In this document: positions 18,639 through 28,027 of the stretch, one piece after another
How positions within the stretch are numbered: position 1 is the first letter of the stretch
How the letters are laid out: every line of letters starts with the position of its first letter
Origin: Candidatus Bathyarchaeota archaeon
Lineage (GTDB): Archaea > Thermoproteota > Bathyarchaeia > TCS64
Assembly: GCA_963769425.1 (NCBI GenBank)
Contig: CAVYLP010000006.1
Coordinates: 736,001-800,000 of the forward strand
Length of the DNA stretch: 64,000 nt
Direction: 5' to 3'
Position numbers and translations under genes: made by a program
The notes under the pieces: model-generated
Told to the model about the DNA's origin: nothing
Seen by the model: the letters and a program-made list of their open reading frames with translations, nothing else
The model's database searches: none

Positions 18639-19181
18639 ATGAGCGGAAGTGAGGAAACCGTAACACTCGGCGGGGGATGCTTCTGGTGCACCGAGGCGGT
18701 CTTCGCACGCCTCAAGGGAGTCACTAGCGCCTTCCCCGGCTACAGCGGTGGCAAGATACCCACCCCTTCATACGAGCAGGTCTCCACGGGCAGGACGGGC
18801 CACGCCGAGGTCACCCAGATCACATACGACCCCTCCGTCATCAGCTTCCGTCAAATACTCGAGATATTCTTCGCCACACACGACCCCACGACGCTGAACA
18901 GGCAGGGAGCCGACGTGGGCACCCAGTACCGCTCCGTCATCTTCTACCATACGGAAGAGCAGAAGAAAGAGGCGGAGGCATATATCAAGGAGCTGACCGA
19001 GAAGAAGGCATTCGGCAGCCCCATAGTCACGGCGGTTGAACCCTTCAGGGCCTTCTACCCAGCCGAGGAGTACCACCAGAAATACTACGAGAGAAACAGG
19101 GAGGCCGCCTACTCCCAATACGTTATAGCCCCCAAAGTGGAGAAATTGGAGAAGAAATTCGGCGACAAGCTAAAGCGCTGA
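18639..19181 (+). CDS. msrA: Peptide-methionine (S)-S-oxide reductase
   Basis: [21 protein letters not shown] and AEEYHQKYY. Confidence 0.95.
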   Translation: MSGSEETVTLGGGCFWCTEAVFARLKGVTSAFPGYSGGKIPTPSYEQVSTGRTGHAEVTQITYDPSVISFRQILEIFFATHDPTTLNRQGADVGTQYRSVIFYHTEEQKKEAEAYIKELTEKKAFGSPIVTAVEPFRAFYPAEEYHQKYYERNREAAYSQYVIAPKVEKLEKKFGDKLKR

Positions 19182-19946
19182 GAAGAAGACCCGCAGACGA
19201 TTCTCCATCTCCCTACCCATCGCATAGACGTTGTGTTCAACACCCGGGAAGACATTAAGTTCAACCTCGCCGCCCGCTGCTCGCAGTGCCTCAGAGAGGG
19301 GAATAGCGTTCGTCTCCGCCGGGATGTTATGGTCCTTAGATCCGTGGAAGATCGCGACCCTTGGGAGCTTCGTCCCCCTCCTCATGGTCTTAAGCCTCGG
19401 CATCGGATCGCTGGGTTTTATGACTTTGTACGCATCCTCATCCGGCGTCTCCGGCGTGAAACCATATGCCTTGAGAGTGACATCCCTGAACTTCTTTTCC
19501 TTGATTGTAGCATCAAGATTGGCTACAGCCTGGAGCACCGCAGCGAGCTTAGCCCTCCCAGCAAGCGGGCCAAGAACAGAATTCCAGACAAGGGTCCCAC
19601 CAAGCCCCCCACCCATCAACCCGAGCCTCGACATATCTAGCCCTGGAGTAGCGTCGAGCTCCTTGAGAAGGGCCGCATTCGCCGCGACGGCGCATGGATT
19701 CCCCCAGTGGTCGCCGCAGGCATGACTACCCGCAACAACTATCCCGTTCTCCATAATCGCCCTCAGGAAGGTAGCCTTGGACTCCGTGTCAGGCCAATCC
19801 GCCGCACCCTCACGCACATACCCACCAGCACCGTGGTGGTGCATCAAAACTGGCGCCTTACCCCTAACCTTGAACCTCTTAGGGGTCCAGAGGTAGCACC
19901 ACTCCCCACCCGCCCTGAAGTAGACCCTCTGCTCACCATCCACCAA
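19170..19946 (-). CDS. Alpha/beta-hydrolase-fold protein lacking the nucleophile serine
   Basis: [16 protein letters not shown] elbow, HGSKD and GVEH; start uncertain (the longer ORF overlaps the divergent gene). Confidence 0.7.
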   Translation of the reverse strand: MVDGEQRVYFRAGGEWCYLWTPKRFKVRGKAPVLMHHHGAGGYVREGAADWPDTESKATFLRAIMENGIVVAGSHACGDHWGNPCAVAANAALLKELDATPGLDMSRLGLMGGGLGGTLVWNSVLGPLAGRAKLAAVLQAVANLDATIKEKKFRDVTLKAYGFTPETPDEDAYKVIKPSDPMPRLKTMRRGTKLPRVAIFHGSKDHNIPAETNAIPLSEALRAAGGEVELNVFPGVEHNVYAMGREMENRLRVFFSAL

Positions 19947-20046
19947 ATTAGGAACAGCCAAGAGAACACCCGAAAAGATCAGACCCGGTGCGCGTAAAAG
20001 ACCTGCGTCCGATGCCTTCAAAAACGCCGGGGTAAGAGCCTCCCCC

Positions 20047-21126
20047 ATGATAGACCTCTTCAAACCCTACGAGATAGGGGGACTAACCCTCAGGAACCGC
20101 TTCATCCGAAGCGCCACCACCAGCGCCTTCGCATACGAGAACGGTGTGGTCCGCCCCGAGATCATAAAACTATACGAGGGACTCGCGGAGGGCGGAGTCG
20201 GCCTCATCATCAAGGGCCACCTCTACGTCGACCCGCGGGGGAAGGCACATGAGGGGATGGCGGGCATCCACAGCGACGAGGTCGTCCCAAAACTACGGGA
20301 GCTCACCGACGCGGTCCACCGCCAGGGAGGCGCCATCCTCGCCCAGATAAACTACGGCGGGTACCAAGCAAGCGCCGGCGAGAGGATGGGCCCCAGCGAC
20401 TATACCGCGGAGGGCTGGAAGGCACGCGCCATGACGACCAGCGAAATCTGGGGCGTCGTCGACAAATTCGGGGAGGGCGCAGTGAGGGCCATAGACGCGG
20501 GCTTCGACGGCGTCCAACTCCACGCCGCCCACGGCTACCTCATCAGCGAGTTCCTCAGCAAACACGCCAACACTCGAACAGACGAGTGGGGAGGCGAACT
20601 CAAGAACAGGATGCGCCTCCTCAAGGAGGTCTACGAGGACGTACGCGGCCGACTCGGCCCCGAAGCAGTCATCGCCATGAAGATGAACTGCGACGACTTC
20701 AGCAGAGACGGATTCACAGTCGATGAGTCAGCACAGGTCGCCCAAGCCATGGCGATACGCGGCATGGATTTGATAGAGGTCAGCGGCGGAGGCATAGGCC
20801 GTGAGGACAGATACAAGGAGCGCGCCCGACACAGCGACCCCGCCCTCAGCGAGCCCAGCTTTGGCGGCCACTGCGAGAAGATACGCGCAGCCACGAAGCC
20901 CAAGCCCCTCGCACTCGTAAACGGCTTCAGAACGAGAGCAGCTATGCAAACCGTCATCGACAGGGGCATAGCCGACCTCATCAGCATGAGCCGCCCCTTC
21001 ATAAACGAGCCAGACCTCGTCAAGAGGTTACAGGGAGGGCAGGAGGAGGCGTCATGCATACGATGCGACGCCTGCGAGTCGGACAGCGTCTTCAGCAAGG
21101 AGATGCTGCGCTGCAGAATAGCCTGA
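20047..21126 (+). CDS. NADH:flavin oxidoreductase (Old Yellow Enzyme family)
   Basis: LRNRFIRSAT, GFDGVQLHAAHGYL, NTRTDEWGG and C-terminal CIRCDAC. Confidence 0.92.
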   Translation: MIDLFKPYEIGGLTLRNRFIRSATTSAFAYENGVVRPEIIKLYEGLAEGGVGLIIKGHLYVDPRGKAHEGMAGIHSDEVVPKLRELTDAVHRQGGAILAQINYGGYQASAGERMGPSDYTAEGWKARAMTTSEIWGVVDKFGEGAVRAIDAGFDGVQLHAAHGYLISEFLSKHANTRTDEWGGELKNRMRLLKEVYEDVRGRLGPEAVIAMKMNCDDFSRDGFTVDESAQVAQAMAIRGMDLIEVSGGGIGREDRYKERARHSDPALSEPSFGGHCEKIRAATKPKPLALVNGFRTRAAMQTVIDRGIADLISMSRPFINEPDLVKRLQGGQEEASCIRCDACESDSVFSKEMLRCRIA

Positions 21127-21129
21127 CAC

Positions 21130-22341
21130 TCACGGTGGCGAGGGGATCTGGCCCGCGTTGATAACCATGATTCCCTCAATCGGCGGCGCTACCCGGGCCA
21201 CGCTGAACATTGCCCCCGCCGCGTGGCTTCCCACCTCAGGGAACTTCATCAACCTTAGCCCAAAGGACTCGTCTACCCTAAAGAGTACCTGGTCGATGAT
21301 CCTCATGGGCTGCGATAGGTACCCACCAGCTAGGAAGAGGGTGCTCCCGAGGAGCACAGCCACCGCGAGCGTCTTCACTGCGTCCCCCGTCGAGTTCGTC
21401 TTCCCCCCTATGTGCCTGAGACGGGTGTCGAGGTTGGGATGGGCCGTGAACGCCGACTTGAGCGAGCCTATCTGCGAGTAGACGAAGAGACTCGTCGTCC
21501 AAGTGGTGAGTATGTTCGGCCTCGATTCGACCTTCACATTTGATATCTTTACGAGGGCGCTCTTCAGCTGCCTCGTCCGGGACATCAACTTGGCTCCGAC
21601 CTCGTCGGCTAAGTATTCCCTCTCCCTCGATATCATCGAGGTTGCGAGGTACGCGAAGGGGTTGTAGAAGAAGACGAGCTTCATCGACGTGACCACAGCC
21701 ATGAGGCTGAAGTCCCTGTTCTTTATGTGGGCGAGCTCGTGCGACGCGACGGCCTCAAGCTCCTTTTGGTCGAGGGTGTTGAGTATGCCCATTGTGAAGA
21801 CGACCATGGCGTTCCTCCCCCTCCCTACGGTGAAGGCGTTCGGCTGCAGGTGCTCCGTCAACCCCACGCGAGGCGTCTCTATCTTCATCCTCTTCGCCAC
21901 CTTCTCGACTAGGCTGTAGAGGCGAGGCTCGTCATCTACGCCGACCTCGACCACACCCTGCAGCCGCTTGACGATTGATATGCTGAAGATATTCGAGACG
22001 AGGAACGTGGCTGCCCCGAAGATGAGGCCGACGACGCAGAGGACGCCCACGTAGTTCACCTCGACCACCTTCTTGATCTCCAATTGAGGTACTCCTGGGA
22101 ACTGCATGAAGACGCCTTCGACCATTATCCGCGTGAACCAGATGGAGGGCGTGAAGAGAACGTACATTACGAGCGGAGTCACTAGGGCCAGGCAGAAGTA
22201 TAGGCTCCTTACCTTGGGGTTGTTAAGGTGCAGTACCCTCATCAGCACGTAGGAGACGCCGAGGACTACGGCGGAGGTTAGTACCACCTGGAGAAGCGGA
22301 GGCATCGTGACGATTCTGAGGACCTCGTTAAACAAGTCCAT
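21130..22341 (-). CDS. Membrane zinc metalloprotease (M48/M56, BlaR1-like)
   Basis: N-terminal TM segments, PNAFTVG, HELAH, REYLAD and HP...R; co-oriented with a BlaI-type repressor. Confidence 0.85.
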   Translation of the reverse strand: MDLFNEVLRIVTMPPLLQVVLTSAVVLGVSYVLMRVLHLNNPKVRSLYFCLALVTPLVMYVLFTPSIWFTRIMVEGVFMQFPGVPQLEIKKVVEVNYVGVLCVVGLIFGAATFLVSNIFSISIVKRLQGVVEVGVDDEPRLYSLVEKVAKRMKIETPRVGLTEHLQPNAFTVGRGRNAMVVFTMGILNTLDQKELEAVASHELAHIKNRDFSLMAVVTSMKLVFFYNPFAYLATSMISREREYLADEVGAKLMSRTRQLKSALVKISNVKVESRPNILTTWTTSLFVYSQIGSLKSAFTAHPNLDTRLRHIGGKTNSTGDAVKTLAVAVLLGSTLFLAGGYLSQPMRIIDQVLFRVDESFGLRLMKFPEVGSHAAGAMFSVARVAPPIEGIMVINAGQIPSPP

Positions 22342-22346
22342 GTTTT

Positions 22347-22751
22347 CTACGCCTTCTTCTCTTTAGATTCTGTTGTCTTCATCTCGACGAGGTAAGACGT
22401 GACGGCTTCGCCGAAATTCTTTACGAGGCTGTCCATTATATGCTTCACTGCCGAACGCTCGATCTCGGATCGGCTCATCTTAGGCCAGTAGACGTAGAGG
22501 AGGCCCCCCCTTCCCTCGGTCACCTTTCTGTCCAGTATGCTTTTTTCGTATAAGGTGTTCATCGTGGACATGACCGTGGTGTAGGCGATCTTCCTCTCGC
22601 CTTTCATCCGCTCGTAGATCTCCCGCACCCTTACAGGTTTCCCGATCTCGTATACGGAGACTAGGACATCTGCTTCCAGTGGGCCGAGTATGGCTTCGAG
22701 ATCTTTAGCGTCCGGCCGATAGCCGGAGGGAGCGTAGCTATCATTAGACAT
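22347..22751 (-). CDS. BlaI/MecI/CopY family repressor
   Basis: LGPLEADVL and IAYTTVMSTMNTLYEK. Confidence 0.88.
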   Translation of the reverse strand: MSNDSYAPSGYRPDAKDLEAILGPLEADVLVSVYEIGKPVRVREIYERMKGERKIAYTTVMSTMNTLYEKSILDRKVTEGRGGLLYVYWPKMSRSEIERSAVKHIMDSLVKNFGEAVTSYLVEMKTTESKEKKA

Positions 22752-22756
22752 CCTAC

Positions 22757-22786
22757 TATCTGCCTTAGTAATTACTATGGCAGATA
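22757..22786. promoter_or_regulatory. 30-bp near-perfect palindrome TATCTGCC-T-TAGTAATTACTA-T-GGCAGATA; candidate BlaI-like operator
   Basis: Read directly; sits between the divergent repressor and ABC operon and overlaps TACTA-N7-TAGTA. Confidence 0.6.
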
Positions 22787-22849
22787 AAAACCTTTATATT
22801 ACCTACTACACCTTCCACCAGTAGCTACTAACATGCTTAGGAGGTAAGA

Positions 22850-23593
22850 GTGCTGAACGCTGTGATCGAGATAAAGAACCTCACGAAAAAATATGGCGAT
22901 TTCATGGCCGTCGACCACGTGACCTATAACATCGAGGAGGGCGAGATATTCGGGCTTCTCGGACCTAACGGCGCGGGGAAGACAACCACGATCTTAATGC
23001 TACTCGGACTCATCCCACCGACAGAAGGTACAGCAATCGTAAACGGGGCCGACATCAGGGAGAAACCGCTTGAGGCAAGGAGGAACGTTGGTCTACTACC
23101 CGAGGGGGCGGGCTTCTACGAGAACCTGAACGCGAGGCAGAATCTCAGCTTCTACGCCGAGCTCGCCGAGGTCCCTACAAGTGTTGCCAAGGAGAGAGTC
23201 GAGAAACTGATCGACATGGTTGGCCTCGGAACGAAGAGGGACGTAAAGGTCGGAGCCTACTCCAGAGGAATGAAGCAGAGGCTAGGCATAGCCCAATCAC
23301 TGGTAAGGGACCCCAAGATCCTCATTCTCGACGAGCCCACGCAGGGAATCGACCCTGAGGGTACACGAGACTTCAGGGAACTCATCAGAATGCTGTCGAA
23401 GGAAAAAGGAATGACAATAATCTTCACAACCCACGTACTATACGAGGTCAACAAGCTCTGCGACAGGGTCGCCATAATGAAGAGTGGGACCATCGCCGGG
23501 CTGGGCACCATACCCGAGCTACGCAAGCAGGTAAACGCCACGGAGGGGGAGGACTTCGAGCAGGTCTTCCTCCGGTACCAGGGGGTAGTCTAG
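22850..23593 (+). CDS. ABC transporter ATP-binding protein
   Basis: GPNGAGKT, YSRGMKQR and LDEPT. Confidence 0.93.
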   Translation: MLNAVIEIKNLTKKYGDFMAVDHVTYNIEEGEIFGLLGPNGAGKTTTILMLLGLIPPTEGTAIVNGADIREKPLEARRNVGLLPEGAGFYENLNARQNLSFYAELAEVPTSVAKERVEKLIDMVGLGTKRDVKVGAYSRGMKQRLGIAQSLVRDPKILILDEPTQGIDPEGTRDFRELIRMLSKEKGMTIIFTTHVLYEVNKLCDRVAIMKSGTIAGLGTIPELRKQVNATEGEDFEQVFLRYQGVV

Positions 23594-23594
23594 G

Positions 23595-24569
23595 ATGGCC
23601 GGACTATTCACAATGGCGAAGAAGGAGTTCCTCGACATAATCGGGGAAAAGAAGTTCTTACTCATATTCGCCACTCTACTCATAGTCGTACTCGTATCCA
23701 CATTCCAGGGCGGCCTCAGCTACAGCAGTTCTCAGTCGACTTCAGTGACTGTGATTACCGGTAACTCCACGAGGCCCGGCGGAGGGGGGCAAGGAAACTT
23801 CGCCTTCGGCTCGGCCCAGAGCCTATCCAATTCCCTCAGCAGCATGATCACAAACTTCAGCCTAGTTGGCGGAGTCCTAGCCATCGCAATCAGCTTCGAC
23901 ACGATAAACAACGAGCGACAGAAGGGCTCGCTGAAGACCCTTCTCTCTTATCCGATCTACCGCGATACAATCGTCTATGGCAAGTACCTCGGTGGCCTAA
24001 TCGCTGTCACCCTAGTCGCGACTATAACCTTCCTCGCGGGGATAGGCGTCTTCGTCAGCGTGACGGGCCTCGCTATGACGATGGACACGGTTATCCGTCT
24101 CCTCATCTTCTTTGGAGTCTCTCTAGTCTACATGGCTATTTTCCTAGCCGTGGGGCTGTTACTCTCCATAGTACTCCCCCTTCCCTCCACCTCCCTACTC
24201 GCATCGATGATAGTGTGGCTATCCTCGATACAGCTCATACCAAACATCGGCTACGCAATAGGCCAGATACTCTACCCCGTCAGGTTCAGCCTGACAAATG
24301 GTAGACCCTCATTCGCCACACAGACCGGATTCACGACCATCAGAGCAATAATCTCAGGCCTCTCCCCGTCAACAGCCTACGAGAATATAGTAAACTCGAT
24401 ACTCACGACCAATGAACTCCGATTCACCAGCGGCTCACCGACGATGATCTCCGTAAACGTGACACAGGCAATTGCAACATCTCTCCCCAGTCTACTTTAC
24501 TTCGTCGGCCTCCTCATCGCCATCTTCGCCGCCGCCTACGTGATCTTCACACGCCAGGAAATCCGGTGA
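23595..24569 (+). CDS. ABC-2 type permease
   Basis: ERQKGSLKTLLSYPIYR motif, about 6 TM segments, C-terminal FTRQEIR. Confidence 0.88.
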   Translation: MAGLFTMAKKEFLDIIGEKKFLLIFATLLIVVLVSTFQGGLSYSSSQSTSVTVITGNSTRPGGGGQGNFAFGSAQSLSNSLSSMITNFSLVGGVLAIAISFDTINNERQKGSLKTLLSYPIYRDTIVYGKYLGGLIAVTLVATITFLAGIGVFVSVTGLAMTMDTVIRLLIFFGVSLVYMAIFLAVGLLLSIVLPLPSTSLLASMIVWLSSIQLIPNIGYAIGQILYPVRFSLTNGRPSFATQTGFTTIRAIISGLSPSTAYENIVNSILTTNELRFTSGSPTMISVNVTQAIATSLPSLLYFVGLLIAIFAAAYVIFTRQEIR

Positions 24570-26347
24570 TCAAAATGTCCACACAGAAGAAAACTAGTCT
24601 ATTAACACGCTTCTTGGCCCTCGTGGTGTTGCTAGGGATGCTATCGACTCCCCTGGCTATGGTCCACTCGGACACAAGTTACACGATCACGGGCACAATC
24701 GTCGACTCGGTTGGTAACCCCATCAGCGGGGTTACCCTGACCGTTTACACGACATCAAACATTGTGACAAGCAGCAACCTCATTGGCCAGTTTGTCAAGA
24801 CCGCAGTCACAGACGCAGACGGTGCTTTCACGCTAAGCCTCGACCGAGCCGCCTATACGGTGGTTCTCAGCAAAACGGGTTATCAGTCTGCGACCCTAAC
24901 CGTGAACCTCAACACCGCGACAGAGTTCAACTACGACGTAAAGAAGCTGGTCCTTAATGCAAGCATCAGCGCGCTGGTGACGGCTTCGACCCTGGAGATA
25001 CACGCTGGCGAGACGCTGAATATCCCAGTGACCATAAAAAACACTGGGGACGCTGAGACAGAGACGATCACCGCCGTCATCGACAGCAGCTACACAACAA
25101 CGATCCTCAATCAGGATGGACAGCAGGTTCAGAGCGTCTATGTCCCCGCCTCCGGTACAGTCACGGTGAATGTCGAGGTGACAGCGCCCCTCAAGGCAAC
25201 CGACTCAGACCTAACAATAAGAGTCCTCGGTAACCTCGAGAATGAGAATATAGTCCACCTCAAAGTCATCGAAGCAAGTGGCAGCGTCCTCAGCAGCACG
25301 TACCCCGGTAAGGTAGCTATGCCTAGCGACGTATTCACATTCGCAGTGGCGGTAAAGAACCCATACTACTACACACAGACATTCACCATCGACCTCAGCT
25401 CTCCGAGCGGCTGGAGCCTATACGCAACAAACGACAAGGGCGAAAAAATCAACTCGGTGACCCTCGGCGCAGGAGAGTCCGTGAACATCCAGGTGACCGG
25501 CAACGTACCAAGCAACTCCACGCCGGGCGACTATCCATTCACAATCAAGGCATCAGCCAACGGAAACACGGTGTCACTACCCCTCACCCTCACCGTGAGC
25601 AACGTGAGCGCGGGACTGACAGTGACCTCCAAGTACCCGTCGCAGACTATCGCCCTCGGAAAGGCGACTGTCTACCCGCTTACGATCACTAATCCCGGGA
25701 CTAAGCAGCTCGTCACCCTCAAAGCGGAGGGTGTTCCGAGCGGCTGGACCGTCGCCTTCCTCACGAGCGAGGGTAAGCAGATAAACTCGATACTCGTCGA
25801 CGCGGAGACATCCGAGTCGGTGAACCTGCAGGTTACTCCGGCGCTAAGCAGCGACAAGAACTCCTACTCCTTCGCCGTGACCGCCCAGGGCGACTACAGC
25901 AGCGGGAAGATCGCGTTGGACGCAAGCATAGGTGGCTCCTTCGGCCTCACAATGGCAGTTGACTCCCTATACTTTGCCACAAACGCCGGCTCAACATATA
26001 CGGAGACCGTCACACTGACCAACACCGGCTATTCCTCAATCAACAACCTTGAGCTGTCCCTCACCTATCCCAGTGGGTGGACTGTAACGGCGACACCAAT
26101 CAAGGTGACGACCCTCGACCCAAACTCAAAGGCGACCTTCACGCTGACGATTAATCCCCCAAGTGGCACAGCGGCTCAAGACTACCTCGTCCAGCTCACC
26201 GCGACGTCCGATGAGGTGGCGACCGACCAGCAGTCCATCAGGGTTACAGTCAACGTTGAGTCGTCCTGGAGCATCTATGGGATAATCCTCCTCGTCGTCG
26301 CTGCAGGGGTCTTCGCCCTCTTATACAAGAAACTGAAGAGGCGGTGA
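24566..26347 (+). CDS. Surface protein with carboxypeptidase-regulatory-like and repeated NEW3/Ig-like domains and a C-terminal TM anchor
   Basis: Signal peptide, repeated PSGWTV/NTG Ig modules, C-terminal TM + KKLKRR. Confidence 0.8.
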   Translation: MIKMSTQKKTSLLTRFLALVVLLGMLSTPLAMVHSDTSYTITGTIVDSVGNPISGVTLTVYTTSNIVTSSNLIGQFVKTAVTDADGAFTLSLDRAAYTVVLSKTGYQSATLTVNLNTATEFNYDVKKLVLNASISALVTASTLEIHAGETLNIPVTIKNTGDAETETITAVIDSSYTTTILNQDGQQVQSVYVPASGTVTVNVEVTAPLKATDSDLTIRVLGNLENENIVHLKVIEASGSVLSSTYPGKVAMPSDVFTFAVAVKNPYYYTQTFTIDLSSPSGWSLYATNDKGEKINSVTLGAGESVNIQVTGNVPSNSTPGDYPFTIKASANGNTVSLPLTLTVSNVSAGLTVTSKYPSQTIALGKATVYPLTITNPGTKQLVTLKAEGVPSGWTVAFLTSEGKQINSILVDAETSESVNLQVTPALSSDKNSYSFAVTAQGDYSSGKIALDASIGGSFGLTMAVDSLYFATNAGSTYTETVTLTNTGYSSINNLELSLTYPSGWTVTATPIKVTTLDPNSKATFTLTINPPSGTAAQDYLVQLTATSDEVATDQQSIRVTVNVESSWSIYGIILLVVAAGVFALLYKKLKRR

Positions 26348-26526
26348 AAAACAAGACACATACTTAGTAGTACCTAATATCTGCCAAGAATAACGCCCCT
26401 TTTTTCATCAAGATCTATAACACCGCTCTCTCAGGGAGGAACGCCGCGAAGCTGATCTTGAAGGATTTGTAGATTATCCAATCATTCGTTAGAATGGGTA
26501 TATGACCACAACCTCCGCGCCGATAT

Positions 26527-27138
26527 GCTACTAGGAATTACCTTAGTCTCATCTTGTGAAAGACCTCTACTGGTGCAGGGATGGGATATGAGATCAGTAA
26601 TGAGATGATTGATTCTATGTACCTGCTGCTAGGAACAGATGCATGGAAAAATCGTTATCCCATCCTACTAGGAACCCGACTCCATGCTACTAGGAACACA
26701 GACACCGCCACAAGGAACAATGACGCCGCTACATGGAACACGTGACCCCGCTGCTAGGAACAGCCAGACACCGCCACACGGAACATTGACCCCATAGCTA
26801 GGAACACATGACGCCGCTACTAGGAACAGTGACGCCGCCACTAGGAACACTGTCCCATCCACGGGGACAGCTAGGCGATTGCTCCCTATACCCGCTGCAA
26901 GGAATTGAGGCGGCGGAAAATCGTTATCCTATGCTACAGGGAATCCCATTCCTAGCTACAGGGAAGAAACTACCAGCTACAAGGAAGAAAATACCCGCTA
27001 CCAGGAAGAAAGTTCCAGCTACTAGGAAGAAGACAATACCAGCTACTAGGAATTGAATTCCAGCTACTAGGAAGAAAATACACGCTACAGGGAAGAAGAC
27101 ATACCAGCTACAAGGAAGTAAATTCCAGCTACGAGGAA
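26527..27138. repeat. Intergenic degenerate tandem array: about 23 copies of GCYRC-NN-GGAA (mode GCTACTAGGAA) at 21-24 bp period, in two homologous blocks
   Basis: Cores at 26527, 26625, 26664, 26686, 26707, 26728, 26750, 26773, 26794, 26816, 26837, (26858), 26894, 26933, 26955, 26976, 26997, 27018, 27042, 27063, 27084, 27107 and 27128. Confidence 0.92.
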
Positions 27139-27298
27139 TACGAGTCAGAGGAGTGGGCCATGCGAGGAAGTACGTATTCACGGATATTGAGCGGAGTAGG
27201 CTTGGTGGTTCGAACTTCGAATCTATATTATTGATACAGAACCGCTTTAACATGCCAATCCAAGGAAGTTGTTTGCGATTGACGGGGGTCATTCCAAA

Positions 27299-28027
27299 AT
27301 GTCAACAATCGAGGTCAGCCACCTCTCAAAGAGCTTCGGTCAAATCTGTGTTCTAAGGGATGTCTCCCTGAACGTCGCAGAAGGGGAATTCTTCGGACTC
27401 TTCGGCTTAAATGGCGCGGGGAAGACGACCCTCCTTAAGATCCTTACAGGGCAACTCGCAGCTGACTCAGGCGAAGTACGCACCGCTGGCCACTCAATCT
27501 CCGACCCCATAGCCGTTAAACGTGCAGTGGGCATAGTCCCAGAAGCCGAGACGCCGCCCACCTTCCTCACTGCAAGAGAGGCGCTCGAGCTCACTTGTAG
27601 AATCAGGAACCTCGACGATGTCGCAGGAAGAGTCGATCACTGGCTCAAATTCTTCGACATCGATGCTAAGGAGGATGTCCTCTGTAGGGACCTCTCCAAG
27701 GGGCAGAGGCAGAAGGTGATGTTGGCGAGCGCCTTCATTCACGAGCCCCGTCTACTGCTTCTCGATGAGGCATTCATCAACCTCGACCCCATATACCAGC
27801 GCCGCCTACGAGAATACCTTAGGGGACTAACTGAGGAGGGGCGCACCGTCTTCTTGTGCACCCACATCCTCGAGATAGCTGAGAAGCTGTGCACGAGGGT
27901 CGCTGTCATTGATGGGGGAAGTATAGTGGCTGAAGGAACCATCGATGAACTCAGGTCCCGCGAGGGGGAAGGACTAGAGGAGATTTTCATGCGTGCTGTG
28001 GACGGTGTGAACGCGCATGTCGCTTGA
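27299..28027 (+). CDS. ABC transporter ATP-binding protein
   Basis: GLNGAGKT, LSKGQRQK, LLDEA and CTH. Confidence 0.92.
   Translation: MSTIEVSHLSKSFGQICVLRDVSLNVAEGEFFGLFGLNGAGKTTLLKILTGQLAADSGEVRTAGHSISDPIAVKRAVGIVPEAETPPTFLTAREALELTCRIRNLDDVAGRVDHWLKFFDIDAKEDVLCRDLSKGQRQKVMLASAFIHEPRLLLLDEAFINLDPIYQRRLREYLRGLTEEGRTVFLCTHILEIAEKLCTRVAVIDGGSIVAEGTIDELRSREGEGLEEIFMRAVDGVNAHVA

Noticed and set aside
26527-27138. CRISPR or TIGR-like guide array
   Set aside because: The repeat is only 11 bp, the ~10-bp linkers resemble each other instead of being unique spacers, and no cas or Nop-domain gene is seen.
26668-27292. ORFs over the array (PATRKK and FLVA repeats)
   Set aside because: By-products of the 21-bp period; 22/23-bp units break the frame and stops intervene.
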